A stretch of DNA of 64,000 bases. Source: Candidatus Gottesmanbacteria bacterium. GTDB lineage: Bacteria; Patescibacteriota; Microgenomatia; UBA10105; UBA927. The notes below the pieces were generated by a model. The model saw only the letters and a list, made by a program, of their open reading frames with translations, was not told the origin of the DNA and made no database searches. The translations under genes and the position numbers were made by a program. The stretch is taken from contig CAVQFA010000005.1 in assembly GCA_963711735.1 (NCBI GenBank), positions 7,525 to 71,524 on the forward strand, in the 5' to 3' direction. Below are positions 1-10,055 of this stretch, in pieces (position 1 is the first letter of the stretch; every line of letters starts with the position of its first letter).

Positions 1-275
1 ATATGAAGCTGTTCATAGAAAAGACGCCAGCCGGCTGCTGCGAGTGTCGGCATGAACTGTCCGAACGGCACATCAAACATGTCCCAGGGACTGGGATCTC
101 CCCAGGGGATATGGTCCGTAAGCTCGGGAGTTAACGGCCTTCCGATAAATTTAAGTCCTGCAAAGAAGATGTGGTGGAAGTCCCACGTCAGACCGTAATC
201 GTTCATAACAGCTAGGTGTATGGTAAGAGCCAGAAGAGTGATCGCGATGCCGGGAAGTAGGCGCTTAAATGTCAT
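1..275 (-). CDS. Partial CDS, 5' part only (runs off the window start): polytopic membrane protein of the same family as 4805..6448.
   Basis: Hand translation from ATG (revcomp of 273-275) gives MTFKRLLPGIAITLLALTIHLAVMNDYGLTWDFHHIFFAGLKFIG.... The W-D-F-H-H-I-F motif resembles HYWEDYFYLL (4805..6448) and HYYEDYFYYL (3948..4802). It is not in the ORF track because no stop falls inside the window. Confidence 0.45.
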   Translation of the reverse strand, partial: MTFKRLLPGIAITLLALTIHLAVMNDYGLTWDFHHIFFAGLKFIGRPLTPELTDHIPWGDPSPWDMFDVPFGQFMPTLAAAGWRLFYEQLH

Positions 276-319
276 GGCATTATAGTATCAGGAAAGAATA
301 AAGAGTAAAGAGAGGAGAT

Positions 320-1736
320 GTGGTATATTTGGTGCATATGAAGCGGATACCTCTCTTTTTGGGAATACTCACTGCAGGTTTTCTCATTTTCCACTTCCTG
401 TTTTTCTGGATGAACGGCATCGTTGATTCGTCTTTTTACTATGCGATAGGAAAATACTTCCAAACAGGACACTACCCGTTCAGCTACCCATTCATCTACA
501 GCCGTCCTACGACCATCTCACCGCCTCTGTATGGGCTTATGCTTGTCACCCTCGAATATCTGCCGCGTCCGGATGTGGTTCTCCATTTCCTGCAACTGGT
601 TATGCTTGTAGGCGTTGGGTTTTTTACGTATAAAATCCTCCGGATGCTTACGTCAAAATGGGTTGCTGTAGTTGTCGGGTGTGTCACAATTCTCATTCCC
701 GCCAATATTGTGTATGCATCATACATGATGACGGAAATCGGGGCTGAGTTTCTCGTTGCCGTTATAGTCTATCTCATGGTGAAGGGGATAAAGGAGGACT
801 CTAAATGTCTTGCGTACGCTATTTTCCTGTCATCCGTTGCAGTTGTCTGGAAATATGCATTTATTCTCTACGGGCTCATTGGTTTTTTTCTTCTTATTTA
901 TACAAAAGCTAAACGAACGTTCGTATGGATATTGCCTATATTAGGGGTATTGGTTGTAAGTTGTTGGTTATATGTTAATTTCACAATAACAGGTATTATT
1001 GGCCTTTCTGACGCTAACGGCGTACATCTGTGGAACGAGGTCGTGTGGTACGGACGGATACTTCCTGGCGAGTCAGCACCCGCAATGCAGAAGTTCAGAC
1101 AATATGTGCCGGCAAATGTTGATGTCTATAAAGGGTATTGGGATCTCCAGGGGTATATCCTTCCGAAGGAAGGAAACAGTTGGGCAAAAGTTGATGAAAT
1201 TCTCGGAAATGTTGCCAGAGAGGCAATCCGCGAGCAACCTTTTGCATACATACGTAGCTCAATAAATGGGATATGGACCATTCATTCGGGAGGATTACCG
1301 TATTGGGAGAACACCGGCAGCTTCGGAAAGAAATTCGCGTATCCGTATCCACCCGAGTGTGCCGGAATCGGCAAGTATGCGTTTTGTGAACCGGTTGTCC
1401 GCATTTCCAACCCGTATACCCTCTGGAATTCGTATGTGTCTTTGACCGATTGGTTTTATATTTATCTTTATCCTATTATTTCAGCAGGCATTTTGCTGCC
1501 CTTGGTTTTGTTTCTTCTTCTCAAAGGGGGAAAGGGCGGAAAGACTTCTCGTAATTCTCTATATTTTCGGAGTGCTTTCAAATGTGATGTACGAAAATCC
1601 CAACAGGAGATATCTCATCCCGTATTATCCGATTGCAGCGGCTATCATTGCTGCGGGTTTATACCGGATCGGTTTGAGCTTGACAGCGCTTTTGCATACA
1701 AACGCGCGTACCGCGGAATCCTCTCGAGAAGTTTAA
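320..1736 (+). CDS. GT-C fold membrane glycosyltransferase (ArnT/PMT, GT39/83-like), with an apparent frameshift in the purine run 1523-1545.
   Basis: ORF 320..1813 has about 12 hydrophobic helices. After ...LFLLLKGGKGGK (G5 at 1526-1530) it turns to non-membrane nonsense. Frame 0 downstream reads LLVILYIFGVLSNVMYENPNRRYLIPYYPIAAAIIAAGLYRIGLSL, a typical last TM helix, ending at TAA 1734-1736. Confidence 0.55.
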
Positions 1737-2424
1737 ACTTGGATGATCCTTTTGTTCTCCCTTTCCAAATCGTCGGAATTTCCGTCATTTTCGCTCCGTT
1801 TCCGTATGCCTGAAGACACAGATCTATGGATATTTCCACACCCGCAGCCCTGTCAAAAGTTATATTTTCCAATATTTCCTTCCGGTACATTTTAAATGAG
1901 TTTGTAATGTCGTGCGTCGGGATGCCGGTAAGCAAATGTATGGATTTACCGAAGATTGTGGAGAAAAAACCCTGCAGTGCCGGGCCGCCGGACTTCCCTC
2001 CGCCGTCAACATACCGTGATCCGGATACGACATCAAATCCTTTCTTTATACATGCGTACATGCGGTCGATATCGCCGGCATCATCGCACATATCCGCCAT
2101 GATAAAGACTATGATATTTCCTCCGGCGTTTTTTACTCCGCGAACAAGTGCACTCCCGAATCCGTCGGTGTCACTTGCGGTTTTGGGAATAATCCGTATG
2201 CGTTTGTACGTGCGGAGAAGCGGACGGATAACGTTGATCGTTTTATCGGATGGATCTATCCCGTCATCAACACAAACAATCTCATGGGGCGTTTGAACAG
2301 ACTTTTCCAGATTGAGAATCGTTGATTTGATCACAGCTTCTTCATTTCTGAACGGAACGATAATGGATATGACCGGTTTCATATGTGTTATAGTACAACT
2401 TGGGAGTTTCAAGAGAAAGGGCAT
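1645..2424 (-). CDS. GT2 family glycosyltransferase (polyprenol-phosphate/dolichol-phosphate sugar synthase-like).
   Basis: N-terminus KPVISIIVPFRNEE...VCVDDGIDPSDKT and the acidic motif IMADMCDDAGD are typical GT2 signatures. 259 aa. Convergent overlap with the upstream GT-C gene. Confidence 0.7.
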   Translation of the reverse strand: MPFLLKLPSCTITHMKPVISIIVPFRNEEAVIKSTILNLEKSVQTPHEIVCVDDGIDPSDKTINVIRPLLRTYKRIRIIPKTASDTDGFGSALVRGVKNAGGNIIVFIMADMCDDAGDIDRMYACIKKGFDVVSGSRYVDGGGKSGGPALQGFFSTIFGKSIHLLTGIPTHDITNSFKMYRKEILENITFDRAAGVEISIDLCLQAYGNGAKMTEIPTIWKGRTKGSSKFKLLERIPRYARLYAKALSSSNRSGINPQQ

Positions 2425-2457
2425 ATTAGGCTATATTCACTGCATTATGCGTTTTGA

Positions 2458-3023
2458 TCAGAACTGCGCGTAAATCCTGAGGCCTGTGAAATTCGGGAGC
2501 TCACCGTCAATGCGTGTATCCTGAGCAAGCTGAAGAAGCTTCCAACTTTGTGCCTGATCAACCGGACGCGGAAATAAAGGAGATTTTCTGTGTAATTCAA
2601 TGCGACCTTGAGGGCTTGTCTCGGGATATATGGTGAACGGACCGGTAAGCATATCAATTGCGAGCAAGTCGTGTCGTTCATTTTTCCCCAAGACGTATAT
2701 CAGATGTTTAAAATCCTGGCCAGACGAATCAGGATGTATCTGACCAATGATCGAAAAAACCGCAGGTATCTGTTAATATGTGGGTGTAATTTCCTTTCAT
2801 GAATTTTCATGTCATAACTTCCGGGATAGACGATTTCCGGTTTCCAATCGATGGAAAAAATTGGTTCTGCGGTTGATTCAGTATTGCAGATCCTGTCCCC
2901 GAGACAAGGAAAAGAATCACTGAAACCAAGAGGTATTTCCGGTTCAGGTGTTATCCCATGAACATCATAAAACAGTTGACGATTAGTATATGTGTCCGTT
3001 TCTTTTTGCCTTGGATTAGACAT
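2458..3023 (-). CDS. Hypothetical protein, possibly one gene split over two frames (ORFs 2700..3023 and 2458..2691).
   Basis: Two adjacent minus-strand ORFs in different frames with no recognisable domain. Weak. Confidence 0.2.
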
Positions 3024-3097
3024 AGATCACATTATAAACATAATTATTTGAAAAAAGCGAGGATTACATTGGTACATCGGTATAAAGTGATACGTTA

Positions 3098-4802
3098 TCA
3101 TAACGTGAAGACGACAATGGATGTATTTTCGTACAGTGATTTTAAAAATGGGTATTGTACTTTCAGGAGATTGACATCACCGTCTGCTTTTTTCCAGAGA
3201 ATGTATCCGATGTTATGTGTTGCGAGAAAATTTTTAGCAGTGTCGGCATCCATCTGGCGGGTGAAAAAAAGGACCGCATCGGCAATTTTTTTCGGGTACT
3301 CGTATGTGAGGCTGTGGTGTGCAACATACATTGTTTGCCCTGATATGACAGGGGTGAGGAGTTCCAGGTTATTGATGGAAAGGGCAATTTTTGTTTTCGG
3401 CTGGCGGCCAAGGACTGTCAGTCCTTCTATAACACCGGGATCGAGATGGTTCATCCATGAAGTGAGCGTGTAGTTGTTTGTCCGTGCACGGATCTCTTCG
3501 CGAATCATCGGAAGCTGGAAGGCCAGATACGGGATGAGGAATATATAGAAAATTCCAAGAAGAATGCTATTTACTGATTCAGAACTATTTGATTCAGACG
3601 GAATGCTGGTACGTTTAGAACGGATTAATACATTTAATCGTGACAAAAGGAAACCGGGCAGGTACATACCCTCTACGGCAAGTGCTGCGAGAATGACATA
3701 GGAGGGCGGTTGTGGGAGACGGAAATATGGTATACCTAACCTGTTCGGAATAGGGGAAAAATAGAGCGCAATGGGGACTATAGCCCAAATTACTCCAAGC
3801 GTGCGCAACGGAGGAAGTTTCCATAAGAACGGGATAAGTCCTGCAGTTGCAAAAAGGAGAATCGGACCGACGGAGTGTGAAAATATGTACCAGTTCGTCG
3901 GCCGTATCTGGTTTTCCCACCAGCGGAAATACTGGTAGTAGGGGATATTAAATGTCTGAATGAGCGCATGTGCTGACGGTATGAGGCTGACTGCCAGTAT
4001 AAAACCGATGACAACAAGAAGGAGAAGTCGCCGGATGGATGGACGGGTAATAAATATAATAATGCCGGCAAGTACCATTGCCAACGCGTTGGATGCCGTG
4101 TAAAGGGGATTGATGAGGGTTAAAAGGGACAAAATAACGGCGAGTATAAGGACACGTAAGGCGATGGGTTTCGTCACTCCCGGACTTTCTTTCACTTTCG
4201 TTAATATACTTCCAAAGATAAGTATGGATCCGAGCGAGAGGATATTCTGAAGGATAAGATGCACGACACCGCCCAGACGGTTGAGGCTTTCGGTATAGTT
4301 GTAAAAGAACTGGTACGGGTTGATTTTCAATGCTTGCGTCAGGATTTTTTTCAATTAGGTAATAACACGTTGTGAGTGTTGCTACGAGGAATGTTCCGAT
4401 GCGCTTGGCGCGGTTTGTAGGGAAGAGAATACACGCTCCCTTATAGGTGAGAAACAGTGAAAAAACAGTAACAACAAAAAGGGATACGGTGTATGCATCC
4501 CATGGGTACAGATGAAACAGTGCAGCAACTTTTCCGATTATGATATTGGTAAACCAGAGAGGAGTTGCAGGAATGGGTTCGGGAGTATAGAGGTTCCGTA
4601 CCATCCAGGCACCGTCCGCCCCCTGACGAACCTGCTGGAGGTAGTAAAAGTAATCCTCGTAGTAATGGGATATGCCGATAAATACGGTATCGGGAATACG
4701 GTTGAAATACTGCCGGATGATGTGCCAGAGGTTAGCGGCTGTTACTGCAATGATAGTTGCAATGACGAGTGAGGATTCAATGAAATTTTTTTTCCGATTC
4801 AT
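3098..4802 (-). pseudogene. Polytopic membrane protein, paralog of 4805..6448, split by a frameshift at homopolymer T7 4353-4359 (ORFs 3948..4802 and 3098..4354).
   Basis: ORF 3948..4802 N-terminus (FIGISHYYEDYFYYLQQVRQGADGAW) aligns with the N-terminus of 4805..6448 (LGTIHYWEDYFYLLNHFFQGAHGAF). ORF 3098..4354 (INPYQFFYNYTESLNRLGGVVHLILQNILSL ... C-terminal YILWKKADGDVNLLKVQYPFLKSLY) aligns with its middle and C-terminus (WPFQIWGTPHFAFDRLGGAPHHLLRTLMSML ... YILYTRKDGSPTSLQIQYPFLRIMY). The frame changes inside ttgaaaaaaatcc. Confidence 0.6.
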
Positions 4803-4804
4803 AC

Positions 4805-6448
4805 TTATTCTGTCTGGAATACTGCCGCACCTGATGACTGATACATAATCCTGAGAAATGGGTATTGAATCTGTAATGATGTTGGACTTCCGTCTTTGCG
4901 GGTATAGAGAATATAACGGATTGTGGATTGTTCAAGCCAATCTTTGGCTTCTTTGGTAGTCATTTGCAGATGAAAGAATGCAAGAGCCTGTGACTTTTTC
5001 TCTTCAGCATTGATTGTTTCAGCCAGATGTCCCGAGTAAGAGTTATGTCCTGACAAGGCAGGAACAAGCATATCCATATGTGTGGCTGGATTGGCAAGCA
5101 CCGCGTCGGTAAACGGCTTTTTCCCTTCCAAATAGGCAAATCCGTTATACATATCCGTCGGGAGAAAAAGTAAAGGGTCACTGGGAGGACGGTTGGCGGG
5201 AAGTTTCCACCCGAGCTCCCACATGAGAGTCGGAATTGTGACAACTCCGTAGAGAACAAGGAGTATGGAGAGAGCTACCGGTGATGTCATATGAAAACGA
5301 TTTTTGATAATTTCAGAGATTTTCACAATTCCGTACGCGGCAAAGACTCCGAAGAATGTAAAGGATATGGGTGCCAGAACGCGGAGATTTGAGAGTCCTA
5401 TAGCCTGCGGGACAGGGGAAAGAAAGATGGTGTATGTGACGAGGATAAAGAGAAGTCCGAAGAGCTCACCCCCGGTCATTTTTTTAAACCGCACAATGAC
5501 TCCAGCGATAAAAGGAATAACGACCGGTCCGATGGAAAGAAGTAAAAAAGGGATTGTCGTATAACTGTCCTGGTTTGCTTCCCAGATTTTTGCCTGGTTG
5601 TACGGAGGGAGTGTCAGCTCGTAATTCATAATAAAGAACATCACCATTGCGGCAATCCCGATGACACCATATCCGATGAGCAAATTTTTTTCCGGCAGCT
5701 GTTTGCGGGTTATAAAAATAAAACCTCTGACACAAACAAAGAGTCCGAAAATGAGGACTGCCTGCACGGGATTTACCGACGCAAAAACAAGAGTCACGAT
5801 AAGGGCTAGCAGTATGCGTTTTCTTGTACGCGGTTGCCATGACGGATCAAAAAGAACGAGGAAGAAAAGCATGGACATGAGTGTCCGAAGAAGATGATGC
5901 GGCGCGCCCCCGAGCCGGTCAAAGGCGAAGTGTGGTGTGCCCCAGATCTGAAACGGCCACCACGCCATGCCACCGGCAGCGGCGTGTACGCGGTTTATCA
6001 TGGATGTGGAAAATACTGCGAAGAGAAAACCGATAAGTGCATGCATGGATTTGCCCGGAAAAAATGTTTTCATGATGCGCCAGATTGACAGGATGACAAA
6101 GAATGAAAGGAGTAAAACCCACAAATTGTATGAGTATGCAGGAGGAAGTCCGATGAATCCTCCGAGTTTCCCCATCATGACGTTATTCCAGTACATGAGA
6201 TTGGCGGGGGTAGCTTCGTGGGTGAACTGGTTTGCCGCAAGGAACGCTCCGTGTGCACCCTGGAAGAAATGATTGAGAAGGTAAAAGTAATCTTCCCAGT
6301 AATGGATGGTGCCGAGGTATACGGTGCCTGCGGGCTGGCGGATAAGGTCAGTAAAGAATGCAAGGGAGTTCAGGATGGCCATTCCGATGCTTACGATAAA
6401 TACGATAATAAAGGGCCGAAGTTTCATATGGAACTTTGAATGTCCCAA
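4805..6448 (-). CDS. Polytopic membrane protein (about 12 TM plus a ~100-aa C-terminal soluble domain), possibly a GT-C-type glycosyltransferase. Intact paralog of 3098..4802.
   Basis: 547-aa ORF, highly hydrophobic. N-terminal HYWEDYFY motif and C-terminal QYPFL motif shared with its paralog. No confident family assignment. Confidence 0.6.
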   Translation of the reverse strand: MGHSKFHMKLRPFIIVFIVSIGMAILNSLAFFTDLIRQPAGTVYLGTIHYWEDYFYLLNHFFQGAHGAFLAANQFTHEATPANLMYWNNVMMGKLGGFIGLPPAYSYNLWVLLLSFFVILSIWRIMKTFFPGKSMHALIGFLFAVFSTSMINRVHAAAGGMAWWPFQIWGTPHFAFDRLGGAPHHLLRTLMSMLFFLVLFDPSWQPRTRKRILLALIVTLVFASVNPVQAVLIFGLFVCVRGFIFITRKQLPEKNLLIGYGVIGIAAMVMFFIMNYELTLPPYNQAKIWEANQDSYTTIPFLLLSIGPVVIPFIAGVIVRFKKMTGGELFGLLFILVTYTIFLSPVPQAIGLSNLRVLAPISFTFFGVFAAYGIVKISEIIKNRFHMTSPVALSILLVLYGVVTIPTLMWELGWKLPANRPPSDPLLFLPTDMYNGFAYLEGKKPFTDAVLANPATHMDMLVPALSGHNSYSGHLAETINAEEKKSQALAFFHLQMTTKEAKDWLEQSTIRYILYTRKDGSPTSLQIQYPFLRIMYQSSGAAVFQTE

Positions 6449-6788
6449 TTATCATATAGAATGATTATTTATTCAATCAGATTAATGCTTTACGGGATAC
6501 GATTTACGAATATTGTATGAGATAACGGGTCCTGTCTCTCGCGTATCCCATTCAACGTCCTCGCGACGCGGAAATGCTTATCCGGCATAAAGTATATGGA
6601 TGACCATTGGTTTTTGAACATCTTTATTCAGACAGGTGTACGCTGCTCCGGGCGGTTAATGGGACCCTCGCTCGAGTCACCCGTTATCAATACAAATCAA
6701 AGTAATGTAATCTCACGCATCATATTGATTTTTATTCTGTTGCGTGAGTATGCCATTCTAATCCGTTTTTTCCCCTGAAAATTTTGCT

Positions 6789-6822
6789 GAATGTTCACAA
6801 GAACATTCATTCCATGAATGTT
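6789..6822. promoter_or_regulatory. Candidate operator: perfect palindrome GAATGTTC-ACAA-GAACATTC (6789-6808) plus a third GAATGTT half-site (6816-6822), about 70 bp upstream of the epimerase gene. A TATACT -10-like box follows at about 6868.
   Basis: Read directly in the sequence: gaatgttcacaagaacattcattccatgaatgtt. Confidence 0.35.
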
Positions 6823-6888
6823 GCACAATTTTTAGGGTGTAAACCGGAGTAAGAATGGCATATATGCTATACTCTGAATGTAAAATAG

Positions 6889-7899
6889 TTGGTTTATAGT
6901 CCTATGAAGGCTCATCAACAATCATGGCGGGGGAAAAAGGTTCTGATAACCGGTGGCGCGGGATTTATCGGTTCAAATCTCGCAATTGCGCTTGTCCACA
7001 CAGGAGCGGACGTCACGGTTCTTGATAATCTAACACCGCATCAGGGGGGAAATCTTTTTAACCTTAAACCTGTTATCAAGGATATTGAAATTGACTTTTC
7101 CGATATCCGTGATGAGGGAGCGGTGAAAAAAGCAGTCCGGGGAAAAGATTATATCTTTCACCTTGCGCGGCAAACTGACCACATCATGAGCCTTACCAAT
7201 CCCTTTCCCGATATCGATGTTAACGTGCGTGGTACGACGATTCTCCTTGAAGCGGTCCGGTATATTGCTCCTCACGCAATATTTATTTATACGGGTACAC
7301 GCGGACAATACGGTCACGCCGTAAAACTTCCGGTATCGGAAAGCGCACCCACGAATCCCCGCGGTATATATGAGATTACGAACCTGACAGCCGAAAAAAT
7401 CATCCAAGTCTATCATGACGTACACAAGGTGCGTTCAGTGATGCTCAGGCTTACTAATATCTACGGACCCAGAAGCCAGATGAAACATGATCATTACGGG
7501 GTCGTAAACTGGTTTATACGCTTAGCTCTTGAAGGAAGAGTAGTAAAAGTATTCGGAGACGGCATGATGAAGCGTGATTTTCTCTATATTGATGATGCAA
7601 TCGACGCGATACTGAAAACTAGCGTATGCGAAAAGTGCTTCGGAGAAATACTCAATGTCGGTATAGATAAGGGGACGACTTTTCTCACGCTTGTAAAGAC
7701 AATTATCCGTCTTGCCAAAAAAGGGTCGTGGGAATACGCGCCATTTACGCCTGAGCGTGCTTCACAGGATCCCGGTGATTTCATAAGCGATATTACAAAA
7801 ATCAGAAAATTGACAGGATGGAATCCGACTACTACATTAACTGAAGGACTTGAACAAACCATCTCATACTACCGGGAACATCTCCGCGAATATATCTAG
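6889..7899 (+). CDS. NAD-dependent sugar epimerase/dehydratase (SDR family; UDP-sugar 4-epimerase or 4,6-dehydratase-like). Start probably at 6904.
   Basis: Rossmann motif VLITGGAGFIGSNLA at the N-terminus, 336 aa. First gene of a + strand glycan cassette. Confidence 0.85.
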   Translation: MVYSPMKAHQQSWRGKKVLITGGAGFIGSNLAIALVHTGADVTVLDNLTPHQGGNLFNLKPVIKDIEIDFSDIRDEGAVKKAVRGKDYIFHLARQTDHIMSLTNPFPDIDVNVRGTTILLEAVRYIAPHAIFIYTGTRGQYGHAVKLPVSESAPTNPRGIYEITNLTAEKIIQVYHDVHKVRSVMLRLTNIYGPRSQMKHDHYGVVNWFIRLALEGRVVKVFGDGMMKRDFLYIDDAIDAILKTSVCEKCFGEILNVGIDKGTTFLTLVKTIIRLAKKGSWEYAPFTPERASQDPGDFISDITKIRKLTGWNPTTTLTEGLEQTISYYREHLREYI

Positions 7900-7951
7900 T
7901 GAAAAAACGAACGGTGACAACAGCCCGACGGACGTGCTATAGTACCTTTTA

Positions 7952-8644
7952 ATGAAGCTTTCTTCCGTATCATTTCTCATCCCTACCTATAAAGATGAAC
8001 GCACCATAGAATCCGTCGTGCGTGATGCTGTGCGTGTAGGGAAACAGGCAGCAAAACAGTTTGAAATTATCGTTATCAACGATGCAAGTCCTGATAATAC
8101 CGGGAACGTGCTTGCACGGCTTGAACAAAGTATAAAAGAACTTCATGTCATAACGCACAGGATAAATGCAGGGTACGGAGCGACGATAAAGGATCTCTAT
8201 TATGCAGGAAAATCCGAGTGGCTCTTTACCGTACCCGGGGATAACCAGATCCCGGTTGAAGAACTTCTTACTCTGGTTCCTTTTGCCGGCAAAGCTGACA
8301 TGATTATCGGCTGGCGGGTAAACAGAAATGATCCGCCGGACAGGCTGAAACAATCCAGAGTGTACAACTCACTTCTCGGAACACTCTTCGGACTTACGCT
8401 TCATGACGTAAATTCCGTCCGTCTCATGCGGTCATCTATCATGAACCGTATCCGTCTTGCCACTTCTTCCGCATTTGTGGATGCGGAACTGGCCATCCGT
8501 GCAGAAAAAGAGGGACTCTGCGTCTTGGAGATTCCGATTGACCATAAAGCGAGAAACGATGAGAAACCGGGAGGCGGAGGCAGTTTGCGGACAATCCTTC
8601 CGACAATTTTTGACATGGTGTGGTTTTGGATACTGTCAAATTAA
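7952..8644 (+). CDS. GT2 family glycosyltransferase.
   Basis: SFLIPTYKDERTIESVV...IIVINDASPDNT pattern. 230 aa. Confidence 0.75.
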   Translation: MKLSSVSFLIPTYKDERTIESVVRDAVRVGKQAAKQFEIIVINDASPDNTGNVLARLEQSIKELHVITHRINAGYGATIKDLYYAGKSEWLFTVPGDNQIPVEELLTLVPFAGKADMIIGWRVNRNDPPDRLKQSRVYNSLLGTLFGLTLHDVNSVRLMRSSIMNRIRLATSSAFVDAELAIRAEKEGLCVLEIPIDHKARNDEKPGGGGSLRTILPTIFDMVWFWILSN

Positions 8645-8649
8645 ATCTT

Positions 8650-9786
8650 ATGATACCTATCTGTAATCTGACACGACAATACCGGTCGTTGCAACCGGAT
8701 GTAGATGCGGCTGTGAGCCGGGTTCTCGCGCGCGGGATGTTTACCCTTGGCGCCGAGGTTGCTGCATTTGAGAAAGAGTTTGCATCGTATCTGGGAGCAC
8801 GCTTCGCAATCGGTGTCGGATGCGGTACTGATGCTCTTACGCTGGCAGTCAGATCTTTGGGTTTGGGGAAAGGCGATGAAGTCATACTTCCTGCCAATTC
8901 GTATCCGACAGTATTTGGTGTCGCATTATCCGGTGTAACTATCCGCCTTGCAGACTCTAATGAATTGGGTTTGTTAGACATATCCAGGTTGAAACGTGCT
9001 GTCAGCAATAAAACAAAGGCAATTATTCCCGTTCACCTCTATGGGAATCCGGCAGATCTCAATGCCTTACATGATTTTATACTCGGAGTGAAGCAAAACA
9101 TTTTCGTGATCGAAGATGCGGCGCAGGCACACGGAGCGGAAGTTCAAATTTCACAAAGTGCATCCGCTGAAAAAATATGGAAGAAAGTCGGTGTGGTGGG
9201 GGATATCGGCATTTTCAGCTTCTACCCGACAAAAAACCTCGGAGCATACGGAGACGGCGGGATGGTAGTGACGAACAACCCCAAAACTGCAACAGTTTTG
9301 CGGGAGCTCAGGCAATACGGGGAAAAGACCCGGTATCAAAGCGAGAGAGTATCAGGCGTATCGAGGCTTGATGAGCTGCAGGCGGCTATACTCCGCGTTA
9401 AGCTGCGGCAATTAGATGCGTGGAACCGCCGTCGTCGGGAGATTACCGGGTATTATGCACGGGAACTTGAAGGAACAGGAGACATATCGCTTACAGCTGT
9501 CAAAAATCATCCCTCAACAAAATCCTGTTGTCATCTGTTTGTCATCCGGACAAAAAAGAGAGATGAGTTAAAGGAATTTCTGGAAAAGAAGGGGACAGGG
9601 AGTGCTATCCACTATCCGGTACCCATCCATCTCACCCCCTCGTTCGGGTATCTGGGGTATAAAAAGGGCGATTTTCCAATTGCAGAGGCGTTATCAAAAG
9701 AAGTCCTTTCCCTCCCTCTTTTTCCGGAACTCACGGACACGGAAGCATCAAAAGTCGTACAAACCGTGAAAGCATTTTTCCGATAA
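8650..9786 (+). CDS. DegT/DnrJ/EryC1/StrS-family PLP-dependent sugar aminotransferase.
   Basis: DALTLAVRSLGLGKGDEVILPANSY, IFVIEDAAQAHGAE and FSFYPTKNLGAYGDGGMVVTN are family hallmarks. The ORF opens at 8620; the internal Met at 8650 gives a typical MIP N-terminus. Confidence 0.88.
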   Translation: MIPICNLTRQYRSLQPDVDAAVSRVLARGMFTLGAEVAAFEKEFASYLGARFAIGVGCGTDALTLAVRSLGLGKGDEVILPANSYPTVFGVALSGVTIRLADSNELGLLDISRLKRAVSNKTKAIIPVHLYGNPADLNALHDFILGVKQNIFVIEDAAQAHGAEVQISQSASAEKIWKKVGVVGDIGIFSFYPTKNLGAYGDGGMVVTNNPKTATVLRELRQYGEKTRYQSERVSGVSRLDELQAAILRVKLRQLDAWNRRRREITGYYARELEGTGDISLTAVKNHPSTKSCCHLFVIRTKKRDELKEFLEKKGTGSAIHYPVPIHLTPSFGYLGYKKGDFPIAEALSKEVLSLPLFPELTDTEASKVVQTVKAFFR

Positions 9787-10055
9787 TCTCCCACGGGGTC
9801 CACCTTCGTCCTGCATAGATATACTACGGCGGATAAACCATGCCGTGCATTGTTTCCCATCTGACGTCTTTACACCGCAAAGCATTTGAGAGTATGTGTG
9901 CGTTTGGGATAAGCATCGGGTAATCAGCTGCCTTACGATGATCGTGTTTATGCGGTGTGCAAACGCAGACGGGATCCCTCAATGCACGTCACCCGTTAAC
10001 CAAACAACTCTATGTGAAATTGGTATAACACGAAATCTTATGGATTTGGTACTAT

